Part shown: positions 12,208-24,800 of the stretch, one piece after another
Layout of the letters: each line of letters opens with the position of its first letter
Numbering within the stretch: position 1 is the first letter of the stretch
Assembly (NCBI GenBank): GCA_052327205.1
Contig: CM126204.1
Coordinates: forward strand, 340,690,001 to 340,754,000
Direction: 5' to 3'
From: Somniosus microcephalus
Taxonomy: Eukaryota
Length of the DNA stretch: 64,000 bases
Translations under genes and position numbers: made by a program
Notes under the pieces: generated by a model
What the model was told of the DNA's origin: nothing
Databases searched by the model: none
Seen by the model: only the letters and a program-made list of their open reading frames with translations

Positions 12208-14001
12208 CCCATGTGTCATTTTATTTTGGGTATCCCATAATATCATTACCAAGCTTGCTTTTTGCGTTCAGCACACTCTTTCTTTAAATAGGATGAATCA
12301 TTGTGATGGGGCTGTAGTCCTTAATAAATACGAACAATGTAAGCCAAAATCCAAGCTGACAGATGCTTTGCTCCACAGTGGTCATTTTTCAATTACAATA
12401 TACTTAATTAAAACTCGTCCATTAGTACTTAGCAAAACAAAGTCCTTAAAATTAATGTCTGCACTTTTTAATAATTGAGAATTTAGAATTTTCCAAAGAA
12501 ACTTGGCACTATCCAGACTTCTTCATTGAGGATGGAATCAAATTCTGATAAAAGCTATGCAATTTAAAATCAAGTATTGGGCAGGTCATTTGTGTTCAAT
12601 GTTGTGCCAGACACACTCGGCGGCAGTAATTTGAGTTTGGTACTCTTGAGCTGAAATCCAAGCTGAACAAATTGAAAAAGTAGTTGTGACAGTGTCCTTT
12701 TTAAAATAGAGACCGAGGACTATAAGACAGGAATTTGTTAATGTGCGCATGTTTTTTTTAAAAACACCTTAAATCTTTTTAGTTGTTGGCAAAACAAGAA
12801 AAGGAGTAATGATTGTTCTGGTTAGCAGAGGCATTAAATTCTGAGAGGGCTGTGTGGTGTTCCTGTACCAGTGTGCTGCACCATGGAGTTGTACAACATG
12901 GGTTCACACCCATTTCTCCCACGTGGCAAGTTTCAGTTCTTTGCTTAGTCACTGAGGAGGCAACAATGCCGATCTGGTAATCTTCCCAGGAGAAGGGGTG
13001 ATAGTCTTGTGGACCTCCTCCAGAGGCCAGGGATCAGGTTACCTGTGAGCCTCTTCGGTTTTAGGAATGATGCACATTTCAGGGTGTGTGTCAACATGGG
13101 GAGATTCAAGAACAAAGCTCACCGCTACTTTGTCGGGGCAATTAGCAATGGGCAATAAGTGCGGCCTTGCCAGTGTTGCCACATCCTGTAAACAAATTTT
13201 AAAAATAAATGAAAGGGAAAAAAAGCACTGATGGCATTATTTTCAATGCCTGCCATTGCAACACACTTTGTGTGGCATTACTTTTCCTACACAGTAATAA
13301 ACTGACATTTTCAATGCCATTGTGCTGCGAGCACATATATGCAGCATATATATTGATCTATATTATTATTAAAACCATATATCCAGTGTGTATTTCCTAT
13401 TTCTCACACTTCGTGTCACACCTATCTTTTTGTATCACGACTAAAAGTCCATAAAGGAACAAAGGCATTAATATTACACATAAGCCAGATTCTTTGTAAT
13501 TTTTCAGTCAGCTTCTCTGGCACTGCCTAATCACACTTGAAAGCAGTTAATCATTTGAAACAGAAGCAGAATGTCTGTAACTGCTGAGTGACTTTACCAG
13601 TTAGCAGAAGAAGAATACATTGTGCATTGTGCACGACATAACACCCCTGTCATTATAAAACAGGGCACCCTCCGACTTATGAGCAATGCCACAGGAGATT
13701 CACCAATAGCTTCAATGGAAATGAAAATGGGGAGAGATCTCGAACGGGTGGCTGGTCCGATATCGCTCGTTTTATACTACCCTCAAAGTCAAAATTGTCC
13801 CCATTGACTCAGTTGTGCATTTGAATCCCAGTTGAGCAAGTATTTGCCCTGGATATTCGATAAGTGTTGAAATATTGTCCGTTAGGCAACCAAAATCTAT
13901 TAATGGATACGAAAATAAAAATGTTCACTTTATTGTGATCTAATCACTGGACTATTGGGAAGTAAATGCATGGACTGAATTAATAAAAAAAATATAATTT
14001 G

Positions 14002-14228
14002 TGTTATGAATCTTATGATCCATTGACGAAAGACTCATGAAGTAACACTGGACGGCCAGCTGGTGGCGCCGTCCAAGGAGTATAAATACTCAGGCGTGGG
14101 CCCAGCTTGCCCAGGACATTTTTAAACAGGAACTAGTGAAGTACAACTAGACCTCCATGTTTTGAAACAAGTTGATTAAAGCCTTGCTTTATACTCAAAC
14201 CAAGTGCGTAGTGAGTTTTATTACGTCA
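14002..14228 (+). mobile_element. Solo LTR (family S), copy 1
   Basis: TG..CA, 227 bp, TSD ATTTG; TATAAATA followed by ATTAAA; homologous to the copies at 41995 and 59999. Confidence 0.88.
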
Positions 14229-15284
14229 ATTTGTATCATTTTTATGTAAACCCTTATAACGTAAAACAAATGATGTAAATTCCATTCTTTATATGAGTGT
14301 TTTTTAAAATTAGATTGAAGCTGTTTAGCATCTGTCCCTTTTCACAACAAAAATATAATTTAAACTTTAAACCAAATTCTATTTTACAAGTCCAAGGCAC
14401 TAGATGGAGCACAAGTGGCTGCAAGCACAGAAAAGTGGGAGAAATGTCTAATTCTTGTCTCCGTGTCATTAAATTTAACAAGGTATAACACAACAACTTT
14501 TTGTCTCCCAATACTTGATTCGGGCAGAAAAACTACAGTCAACATTCACTTCAGCCATTGATAATGCTGTGATATTTTAGACTGATTCCAAAACAATCAG
14601 CCATCAGCAATTAGCCATCCAATTTAAAATAAATGGTAGTTTTTAAATCCGGTCTCCTTATTTAATATTCTGTCCGTGTAAATAGGCAGTGCCAGAGAAG
14701 GGTTTACTTAATGCGTAATGATGTTTGATTGATGCTTTGTGTAACTGGACTTTGTATCCATGATGCAGCTGCACTGAGCAAGAAAAACATTTTTTACTCC
14801 GATATTCCACATATATTATGTTTCTTTGTAGCAGGTTAGACTACAACCTTCAGAAAACACTCCTGAGGTTTTAAATGCTTTAAAAATGTTTTTTGTGCTC
14901 AGCAAGGTGATATAATGATCAGCGAATAAATGTGCTGCAGCACAAGTCACTGATCATGTATTTTGGTTAAGAATCGCAGCAGCCATTTACAATTCACTGG
15001 AATGCTGGAGTTGGATGTTCCCACACAATACAGGAATACTCATTTGGATGGAAGCATTGGGGTTGTTCTTCGTATATCGGATAAATTGGGTGTGAGGTAA
15101 AGTGATCGGTAGTTTAAAAAAAAATCATCTTGTTACCACCCCGTTCAGACCGAAAAACAGAGCAATAGAAAGTGAGACAAAAATTGTCCCCATTCCTTCA
15201 GTCTGATTTGAATTATAAGAGGTGAAAGGACAATGTTATAACCCAGTGCACCATGTAGTCTCTTGGTAATTAAAATTTGTCATG

Positions 15285-15590
15285 GGGATCTGGGCGATAC
15301 TGGCTATATTTATTGCCCATCTCTGATTGCCCTGACAACTGAGGTCTTTCAGGCCATTTCAGGATGCGTCAAGAATCAACCACATAGTGAAATATTCGAG
15401 TCGCATGTAGGCCAGACCTGGTAAGTATGTCCCTGAAATACATTAATAAGCCAGTTTGGTCTTTACAGCAAGCCAGTATCTTTCATGTTCATTTTTCTGG
15501 TGCCATCCTACAAATGATTAGAATTATTTAATTCACTTTCATTTGTTTGAACTCACAACCTCTAGCTGTTAGTCCAGTGCCGTAACCATT
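15285..15590 (-). mobile_element. Degraded tRNA-derived SINE (same family as 44555-44950)
   Basis: Reverse-complement similarity to 44555-44950. Confidence 0.6.
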
Positions 15591-15619
15591 ATATTAAAGA
15601 ATAAGATTAAAAATATGTA

Positions 15620-15862
15620 ATTATATAGCGCCTATCATGAACTCAGGACATCCCAAAGTGCTTTACATCCAATAAAGTACATTTTGAAGTGTAGACGTTC
15701 TGTAATGTAGGAAACGCGGCAGCCAATTTGCGCACAGCAAGCTCCCACAAACAGCAATGTGATAATGAGCCGATAATCTATTTTAGTGATATTGTTTGAG
15801 GGATAAATATTGGCCAGGACACCGGGGATAACTCCTCTGCTCTTCTTCGAAATAGTGCCATT
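15620..15862 (-). mobile_element. Deu-type (SacSINE1-like) SINE, 3' half; 5' half at 21594-21750
   Basis: tatatagcgcc...caggacatcccaaagtgctttac...gaaatagtgccatt joins seamlessly to gtgccattgagatc...ggagtgggactt. Confidence 0.75.
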
Positions 15863-15878
15863 CAATGTCCTCTGTAAG

Positions 15879-16041
15879 CTGCGCTGCCTCCTGCACAGCC
15901 TGCCTCCCCCACTGCGCGGCCTCCTGCGCAGCCTGCCTCCCCCACTGCGCGGCCTCCTGCGCAGCCTGCCTCCCCCACTGCGCGGCCTCCTACGCAGCCT
16001 GCCTCCCCCACTGCGCTCCCCCCTGCGCAGCCTGCCTCCCC
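15879..16041. repeat. GC-rich minisatellite, left piece (33-bp unit)
   Basis: Repeated ccactgcgcggcctcctgcgcagcctgcctccc. Confidence 0.95.
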
Positions 16042-19000
16042 TGTAGTGTCCGCGTATCAATAATACACGGACTGCAGGAGAACAATAATAATAGGTATTT
16101 ACTGAACAGAGGGTAAGCTTAAACTGAAGTACAGAAGCCTGCTATGGCTTTATATACAGGTGTGGTCACTGCTGGTACTGCAGTATAAAATCAGTTCTCT
16201 CATAAAGCACCATACACAACAATTCCTCCCCTTTTAGATAAACAGTACATAACATTCATTTAACAACTAAATAATAACTAATTACAATTACAATTTTCTC
16301 TGTACTATATACATCAACTGAAATAATCATTTATAAGTTCAGTCTTTGAGGAGGCTTCCTGATCCTGACTGGATAGCGCCTTTCTCGAGTATCCTGTTCT
16401 TCCGGCGGAGTCGATTCTGGCTCATTGTCATTGGTTGGTTCGTCAGCTTCCAATACCACTGATTCTGAGGTAGACGCAATCTGTACTTCGGGTTCATTAC
16501 CAGGTGCACATGCTCGTGGTATGGGTTTGACTTGTTCCTGTGACTCTAGAATCTGGTCAGCATGGCGTCTCACGATGCTCTCTCCAACGTCCACTGTGTA
16601 CATTAGTGGTCCCTGCTGTGTGCATATCGTTCCTGGCTGCCATTTTTCTGTTCGGTACTCGCGGGCCAAGACTGGTTGCCCTATCTTGAAGCTCCTGGTT
16701 GGCTTCTCATTGATGTGCTGGAATTGCTTATCCTCAACATCTCGTCTTATGTTTGGTTTGAGCAAATCCAGGCGACATCTTAGCCTTCGGTTGAAGAACA
16801 TTATGGCTGGAGCTTGGTTGGTGACTGCATGTGTCGCATTCCGGTAAGCAAACAAGAAATTATCCACCTTGTGTTGTAGTGGTATGTCGTCGTTATACAT
16901 CGCCTTTATTGCCTTTTTAAAGGTCTGAACAAACCTCTCAGCCAATCCATTTGTGGCTGGATGATATGGGGCAGATGTGTAATGTTTCACCCCATTATTC
17001 CTCAGAAACCTCCGGAAATCCTCGGACACAAACTGTGGTCCATTGTCGGAGCAAATCTGTTCTGGCAAGCCATTCCTGGCAAAGATGGTCCATAGGACTG
17101 CAATAGTTTTCTCCGTGGTGGTGGAGGACATTTTGATGACCTCTGGCCATTTCGAATGGGCATCCACGGCGATTAAGAACATTGAGTCCATAAATGGACC
17201 AGCAAAATCAATGTGTACCCATTGCCATGGAGATGAGAGCCACTCCCATGGGTGTAGTGGGGCCTGTGGTGGAGCATTTTGGACCATCTGGCATCCTGTG
17301 CATCTCTTGGTCATATTCTCGATTTCTTTATCGATTCCCGGCCACCACACAAACGCCCTGGCTAGGCTCTTCATTTTTACCCGTCCCAGATGACCCTCAT
17401 GAAGCTCATTGAGCACTCTATCTCTCAACTTGGGTGGAATTACCACTCGGGATCCACACATCAAGGTCCCCCGGCACACTGACAGCTGTTCTCTCCTTGG
17501 CGAGAATGCTGGCAACAGTGAGTCGCCATGTGCTGGCCATCCCTTCACCGTCAAATCATAGACCCGAGAGAGTGTCGGGTCATTTCGGGTTTCCTTCTCT
17601 ATACTTGAGTTTGTAACAGGTAGACATTCGACTATGGTCGAATGGAATATCTCAGCAGGGTCCACTGCAAGTGCTTCCTCCACCGTAGGCAACGGTAGGC
17701 GCGACAGCCCATCAGCGTTTCCATGCTGTTTCGTACCCTTGTACTCTATGTCGTACTGATGTGCCCCAAGAAAAAGTGACCATCTTTGCAGCCGCTGCGC
17801 CATCATCACCGGAACGCCCTTCTTTGGGTTAAAAATGGAGACCAGAGGTTGATGATCAGTCAGTAGGGTGAATTTCTGCCCGTGCAGATAGTGATTAAAC
17901 TTCTTCACCCCCCACACCAGGCTGAGGGCCTCCCTGTCAATCTGGGCGTAGTTACGCTCGGCTGAGGTTAACAAGCGCGACGCAAAGGCTATTGGCCTCT
18001 CTGAACCGTCAAGGAATTTGTGTGACAGCACCGCTCCAATGCCGTAGGGAGACGCATCACATGCCAACCAAATCGGTAGTGTTGGATTGTAGTGGGCCAA
18101 TACTTCTTTTGAAGTGATTAGGCATTTACATTTCTGAAAGGCACGCTTACACTCATCACTCCATTTCCATGTTACTCCAGTTTGCAGCAGGGCGTTCAGT
18201 GGGTGCAGAATTGCAGATAAATTCAGCAAGAACTTATGGTAGTAGTTCACCAACCTGAGAAACGACCTCAGTTGCGACACATTTTCCGGTGCTGGAGCCT
18301 TGACTACTGCCTCAATCTTGTCTGGGGACTTATGCAGCCCTTCCTCATCAATCATGTGGCCACAATACGAGATTTGTCTCCTGAAGAACTCGCATTGGGG
18401 CGGTTGGCTCGTAGCCCATATTCTTGTAATCTAGTGAGCACCTGCTCCAGGTTGGCAAGGTGTTCACTGTCATTTTCGCCCGTAACCAGGATGTCGTCCA
18501 AATAACACTGGCTCCCCGGGATCCCTTGCAGGACTTGTTCCATCGCCCTCTGCTACCCCGAATACCAGTCGGTTGTACTGGTAACGACCTTTGTGAGTGT
18601 TTATCGTGAGGTATTTCCTAGATGCTTCTATCACTTCCATTTGTAGATACGCTTGGGCCAGATCAATCTTCGTAAAGCGTTTCCCTCCAGATAGTGAGGC
18701 GAAAATATCTTCTATCCGTGGAAGTGGATATTGTACTGTGTGCAGGACTGGGTTCACAGTTACCTTGAAGTCCCCACAGATGTGAACCTTCTTCGGCTCC
18801 CCAGGCATGCTGCTCAATGATTTCTTCATTACAGGAATGGTGGGTGTGGCCCACTTGCTCCAGTCCACCTTGGACAGCACACCTGAACGCTCCAGACTCT
18901 CCAGCTCTGCTTCAAAGGCTGGGCGGATCGCGTACAGTACTGGTCTGGCCTTAAAAATTTTTGGCTTTGCGTTATCTTCGATTTTTATCATTGCCGTTAC

Positions 19001-20991
19001 TCCTTTTAGAGTCCCAAGTCCTTGTTGGAACAGCTCTTTCGCGTCAGTTAGAATTTTTGACAGTCGTCCAGGTGTGACGTCATCATCCTTTTTGTCAGTC
19101 ACAGTTAGCGCCTGAATGGAATGCCGATCCAATTGTATTTTTCGGATCCATTCACGTCCCAATAATGGTGGTCCTCCATCTTGTAGTATATATAGATACA
19201 GTTTCTGTGTTTCCTTGCCGTTGTATTTAACTGGCACCCTTATTTTTCCACTGGGGTAGACTTTTTGCCCCGTGTATGTCTTCAATACAATGGACGTGTC
19301 CTTCAAGGGTATGTGTGAGAATAGCTGCTCATAGTCTCGTCGATTCATGACAGTTAGGGCTGATCCTGTGTCCAATTCCATCTTTACTTGGGATCCTGCT
19401 ATCATGAGGGTGACCCAAATGGTTCAGTGATCCTCCTTTGCGATCACGTTGTATAACTTTAGACAACTTAATCTCCTGCTCCCGGAGTCATTATCACTCT
19501 CCTGATCTTCCGAACTACTGTCATTTTTTTTTACTTTCTTGTACTTTTCCTGAGTAGTTCTTTTAGTGTTGGTTTTCTTTCCCAACCTGCAGACTCTTGC
19601 TATGTGTCCCATTTTCCCACATTGCCTGCATACTTTGTCCTTTAAACCAGCAGCCCTTCTGATCATGGGTTGTTCTGCCACAGCGATAGCACTTTTCTGC
19701 TCCATATGCCATTTCGTTAGCGCTGTATTCTTGTGGTTTCTGTTGTATTTCCACAGCTCCCCGTGCTGCTGCTTCGTAGGATACTGCCACACTGAAAGCC
19801 TGTTCTAGCGTCAGGTCCTTTTCCAAAACTATTCGTTTCTGGGTTCCTTCACTCTGGAGCCCACAGACAAACTTATCCCTTAAGGTGTCTGCCAGTCCTG
19901 CTCCGAACTGGCAGTGCTTCGATAACTTGCGTAGTTCCGTAAGATAGTCAGCATTGCTCTCATCCTTGTGCTGGTTTCTTTTATGGAACTTGAATCTTTC
20001 TGCTATCAGCAGCGGTGTAGGGTTTAGGTGTTCCTGTAAGATATTAACAATCTCTTCAAAACTTTTCTCCATTGGTTTAGCTGGGGTAATTAAATTCCAC
20101 AATAGGCCGTACGTTCTCGCGCCCATCAAATTTAATAATACCGCCACCGCCTTTCCATCGGCCACCTCATTTGCCTTGCAGTACACTTCAATTCTTTCCA
20201 CATACGTGGTCCAGTCTTCTACCTCGTTGTCGAAAGCAGTGATACTGCCAATCTTCGGCATCTTGGGTGGTTTAAAATGGCGCCTCCCGCGCTTTTTCTT
20301 CTTCCCCAATGGATTAAAATGGCGCCTCCCACGCTTTTCCTTCTTCCCCAATGGAATAAAATGGCGCCTCCCCGCTTTTCCTTCTTCCCCTTGCTGCCAC
20401 GCTGCTCCTAGCGTTCTACAGGGTACTGGCGGCGACCCGCGGCTTCGGCGCGTCTCACTTTTCCTTCCCCTCATTTTATTTTCTCTATGCTGCCCGGTTC
20501 TTGAGCACCGACCGCGCCCTGTGCGCTCCACCCTCTCTCTCTCTCTTTTCCTCCCGACGACGCTGCACGGCCCCTTTTGCAGAGCCGCTCGATCGAGCTC
20601 GAGCCCGCCGCAGTCCGGAAGGGTCAGCGCACTACCTGCTACCAGCACGATTTGCTGGAACACCTTGACTGGGGAGCCAAGCCCAGCTCTCCACAGCCTC
20701 CCCTGCAATCCTCCGAACTCCGATAGATCCCTGGGCGGTTGCCCGCGGTCAACGCCCGTTGCTCTGACTTCGACCTCCAAGAAGCTTCTTTTCAGGCGAA
20801 GATCCCCGTGAGGTGATGCAGTACTGCAGGTGAGTTCAAACCTGCTCGTCGCCAGTGTAGTGTCCGCGCATCAATAATACACGGACTGCAGGAGAACAAT
20901 ACAGAAGCCTGCTATGGCTTTATATACAGGTGTGGTCACGGCCGGTACTGCAGTATAAAATCAGTTCTCTCTTAAAGGTACATACACAACA
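16042..20991 (-). mobile_element. Gypsy LTR retrotransposon C (Mag/K02A2.6-like)
   Basis: LTRs 16042-16221 and 20856-20991; TSD TCCCC; PBS TGGCGACGAG (tRNA-Ser GCU-type); PPT aaaaggggaggaat on the minus strand. Confidence 0.95.
16331..20261 (-). pseudogene. Element C gag-pol, frameshifted
   Basis: MPKIGSI gag start, zinc knuckles, LDTGS protease, YLDD, and an RNase H/integrase ORF at 16331-18355 (674 aa). Confidence 0.93.
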
Positions 20992-21485
20992 TCCCCCACT
21001 GCGCGGCCTCCTGCGCAGCCTGCCTCCCCCACTGCGCGGCCTCCTGCGCAGCCTGCCTCCCCCACTGCGCAGCCTCCTGCGCAGCCTGCCTCTCCCACTG
21101 TGCGGCCTGCCTCCCCCACTGCGCGGCCTCCTGCGCAGCCTCCCTCCCCCATTGCGCGGCCTGCCTCCCCCACTGCGCGGCCTCCTGCGCAGCCTCCCTC
21201 CACCACTGCGCGGCCTGCCTCCCCCACTGCGCGGCCTCCTGCGCAGCCTCCTTCCCCCACTGCGCGGCCTCCCTCCCCCACTGCGCGGCCTGCCTCCCCC
21301 ACTGCGTGGCCTCCTGCGTGGCCTGCCTCCCCCACTGCGCGGTCTCCTGCGCGGCCTGCCTCCCCCGCTGCGCGGCCTGCCTCCCCCACTGCGCGGCCTC
21401 CTGTGCGGCCTGCCTCCCCCACCGCGCAGCCTCCTGCATGGCCTGCCTCCCCCGCTGCGCGGCCTGCCTCCCCGACTGCGCGGCT
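20992..21485. repeat. GC-rich minisatellite, right piece (33- and 21-bp units)
   Basis: Same unit as 15879-16041 with interspersed shorter variants. Confidence 0.95.
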
Positions 21486-21593
21486 CATTCCAGTTTTTGC
21501 GCATGTGCGGTGTCTACAATGTAAAAGCCGATGAGCGGCCTGTGCGGGACCTTGCAGATGACTGTGTGGCCGCTCAGCTTGGCAGGAACATTG

Positions 21594-21750
21594 GTGCCAT
21601 TGAGATCTTTATCTTCACTTGAGAGGGCAAACGGGGCTTCAGTTTAATGGCTCATCAGAAAAACGGCACCTCTGACAGTGCAGCGCTCCCACTGTACTGC
21701 ACTGGAGTGTCAGCCTGGATTTTGTGCTTGGGCCTCTGGAGTGGGACTTT
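21594..21750 (-). mobile_element. Deu-type SINE, 5' half
   Basis: Continuation after the hAT TSD. Confidence 0.7.
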
Positions 21751-21871
21751 ACAGTACCCATTAGTTAATAATTGGTAATTGTTGGCAATAGTATTCCTTC
21801 CTCTGGGTCAGAAGGCTATGGTTTGAAGATCCACTTTAGGACTTGAACACATAATCTGAGATGATAGCTCA

Positions 21872-24800
21872 TGTAGTGTATGCACTTTGCAGAAGGAACT
21901 ATATTCTGCAGTCCCTGTATACTGCAGTACCAGTAGTGACCACCCCTGTATATAAGCCTGTGTAGTAACTTTTGCATAGTAGTTCCAGTTTGTCTCCACT
22001 CAGTAAAGACCTGTTATAACCAACTCCTGCAGTCCGTGTCTCAATTACACGGGCATAATACTGGCGAAGAGCAGATCCGAACTTACCTACAGTCTGCACC
22101 ACCTCATGGGGATCCATCCCTGAAGCGAAGTTGTCAGAGGTCGAGGCCAGAAGAAAGAAAGAAAAAAAATAAAAAAAAATAAATAAAACAAACAGAAGAA
22201 ACGGGCGTCGACTGTGGGCAACCGCCTCTGATTCATCGGAGTTGAAGATTTGCAGGAGAGACTGTCGAGAGCGGGGCTTGGTTATCCTGTCGATGGTGTT
22301 CCAGTTAATCGGGCTGGTGGCAGGTAGTACACTGATCCTTCCTGGGCTGTGGCGGGCTAGAGCTCGATCGGGTGGCTTTTCAATGGGGCCGAGCAGTGGT
22401 GTCGGGAAGAGGAGAGAGAGGGTGGAGCACACAGGGCGTGGCCGGTGCTACGAAGCCGGGCAGCGTACAGACCCGAGAAGAGGGAGGAAAGTGTCCCGCA
22501 GGGTTGCTCCGACGACGGGGAAATAAAAGAAATTAGAAGCGCAGAAAGCCACGAGGAGCTGCAGTTTGCCACGGGAACCGCAGAGAGTGGCGTTAGCAGC
22601 AGCGCGGGGGGAAGTGCGCGAAGACCATAGGGCGTCGTCATCAAGGCATAATACGCCAGCAACAGCGCTAGCAGCAGCGGGGAAGACGGAAAGCATGGGA
22701 GGCGCCATTTTGTTAAATCGGGGAAGAAGGCAAAGCGCGGGAGGCGCCATCTTAGATTTCCAAGATGCCGAAGACTGGCAATATCACTGCCTTCGATAAT
22801 GCAATAGAAGACTGAGCCACGTATGTGGAAAGAGTCGAAGTATATTGCGAGGCAAACGAAGTAGCCGATGAGAAAAAGGCATCGGTACTACTAAACTTAA
22901 TGGGCGCAAGAACGTACGGCCTATTGCGGAACCTGATTACTCCAGCCAAACCGATGGCGAAGAGTTTTAACGAAATTGTTGATATCCTACAGGAACACCT
23001 AAATCCTACACCGCTGCTGATAGCAGAAAGATTTAAATTCCACAGGAGAAATCAGCATAAAGATGAGAGCAATGCTGATTACCTTACAGAACTACGCAAG
23101 CTATCAAAGCACTGCCAGTTCGGAGCAGGACTGGCAGATACCCTACGGGACAAATTTGTCTGTGGACTCCTGAGTGAAGGAACCCAGAAGAGGTTACTCT
23201 CAGAGAAAGAGCTGACGCTAGATAAGGCTTTCAGCATGGCAGTATCATACGAAGCAGCAGCAAGGGGAGCTGCGGAAATACAGCAAAAGCCACAGGAATA
23301 CGGCACCCACGAAATGACATGGGGATTTGAAAAATGTTATCGCTGCGGCAGAACAACCCATGACCAGAAGGACTGCTGGTCCAAGGACAAAATATGCAGG
23401 CAATGCGGAAAGATGGGACACATTGCACGAGTTTGCAGGTCTGGGAAGAAGACTAACGACAACAAAAAGGCTACGAAGGAACAGTACAGGAAAGTACAAA
23501 AGATGACGGACAGTAGTTCCGAAGGCCAGATGAGTGATAGTGAATCCGGGAACAAGAGACTAAGCTGTCTCAAACTTCACAACGTAATCGCAAAAGAGGA
23601 TCACCGAACCATTTGGGTCACCCTCACGATAGCAGGGTCCCAAGTCAAAATGGAATTGGATACAGGATCAGCCCTGACCGTCATGAATCGACGAGACTAC
23701 GAGCGGCTATTCTCACACATACCCTTGAAAGAGACATCCATTGTCTTGAAGACGTATACGGGGCAAAAAGTATACCCCAGAGGGAAAATAAGGGTGCCTG
23801 TCGAATACAACGGCAAGGAAATACAGAAATTGTATCTGTACATACTACAAGATGGTGGACCACTGTTATTGGGACGTGAATGGATCAGAAAGATAAGTTT
23901 AGACTGGCACTCCATTCAGGCACTGACGGTGGCTGGTAAAAAGGATGACGACGTCACACCTGGACGATTGTCAACATTCTTAGCTAACGCCAAAGAGGTA
24001 TTTCAACAAGAACTGGGAACTCTTAAAGGCGTAACCACCTCGATAAAAATAGAAGAGAATGCAATTCCCAAGTTTTTCAAAGCAAGACCGGTACCATATG
24101 CAATTCGCCCAGCCGTCGAGGCAGAGCTGGAGAATCTGGAGAATGCAGGCATGTTATCTAAGGTAGACTGGAGCGAGTGGGCGACACCCATCGTTCCTGT
24201 CATGAAGAAAACGTTAAACAATAAGTCTGAGGAGCCAAGGAAGGTTCGCATCTGTGGGGACTTCAAGGTGACGGTGAACCCAGTCCTTCACACAGTACAA
24301 TATCCTCTCCCGAGGATAGAAGATATTTTCGCCTCACTATCTGGAGGGAAGCGTTTTACAAAAATTGACCTAGCACAAGCATATTTGCAGATGGAGGTTG
24401 AAGAATCCTCTAGGAAGTATCTCACGATAAACACTCACAAAGGTCTTTACCAGTATAATCGACTGGTATTCGGAGTAGCATCAGCTCCGGCGATATGGCA
24501 AAGAGCGATGGAACAAGTCCTGCAAGGGATTCCGGGGACTCAGTGTTACTTGGACGACATCCTAGTGACAGGTGAAGATGACAGTGAACACCTTGCCAAC
24601 CTAGAGCAGGTGCTCACTAGACTAAGAGAACATGGGCTACGAGCCAATCGCCCCAAGTGCGAGTTTTTTAAGAAACAGATATCGTATTGTGGCCACGTGA
24701 TTGATGAAGAGGGGTTACATAAGTCCCCTGACAAAATTGAAGCGGTAGTTAAGGCTCCAGCGCCTGAAAATGTGTCGCAACTGAGGTCATTCCTCGGATT

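Larger units (their letters stand above)
15863..21593. mobile_element. Non-autonomous hAT-type DNA transposon with internal GC minisatellite; contains element C
   Basis: 8-bp TSD GTGCCATT (15855-15862 / 21594-21601); imperfect TIRs caatgtcctctgtaagctg / cagcttggcaggaacattg. Confidence 0.85.

Noticed and set aside
19954-20811. 285-aa antisense ORF in element C (also antisense ORFs 4386-5066 and 28304-28687)
   Set aside because: These are shadows of sense coding or GC-rich sequence with no recognisable domain; the C ORF is not maintained at this length in D.
20920-21622. Arg/Gly-, Leu/Pro- and Ala-rich ORFs in several frames (also 15635-16116)
   Set aside because: They are translations of a stop-free GC minisatellite with unit lengths divisible by three.
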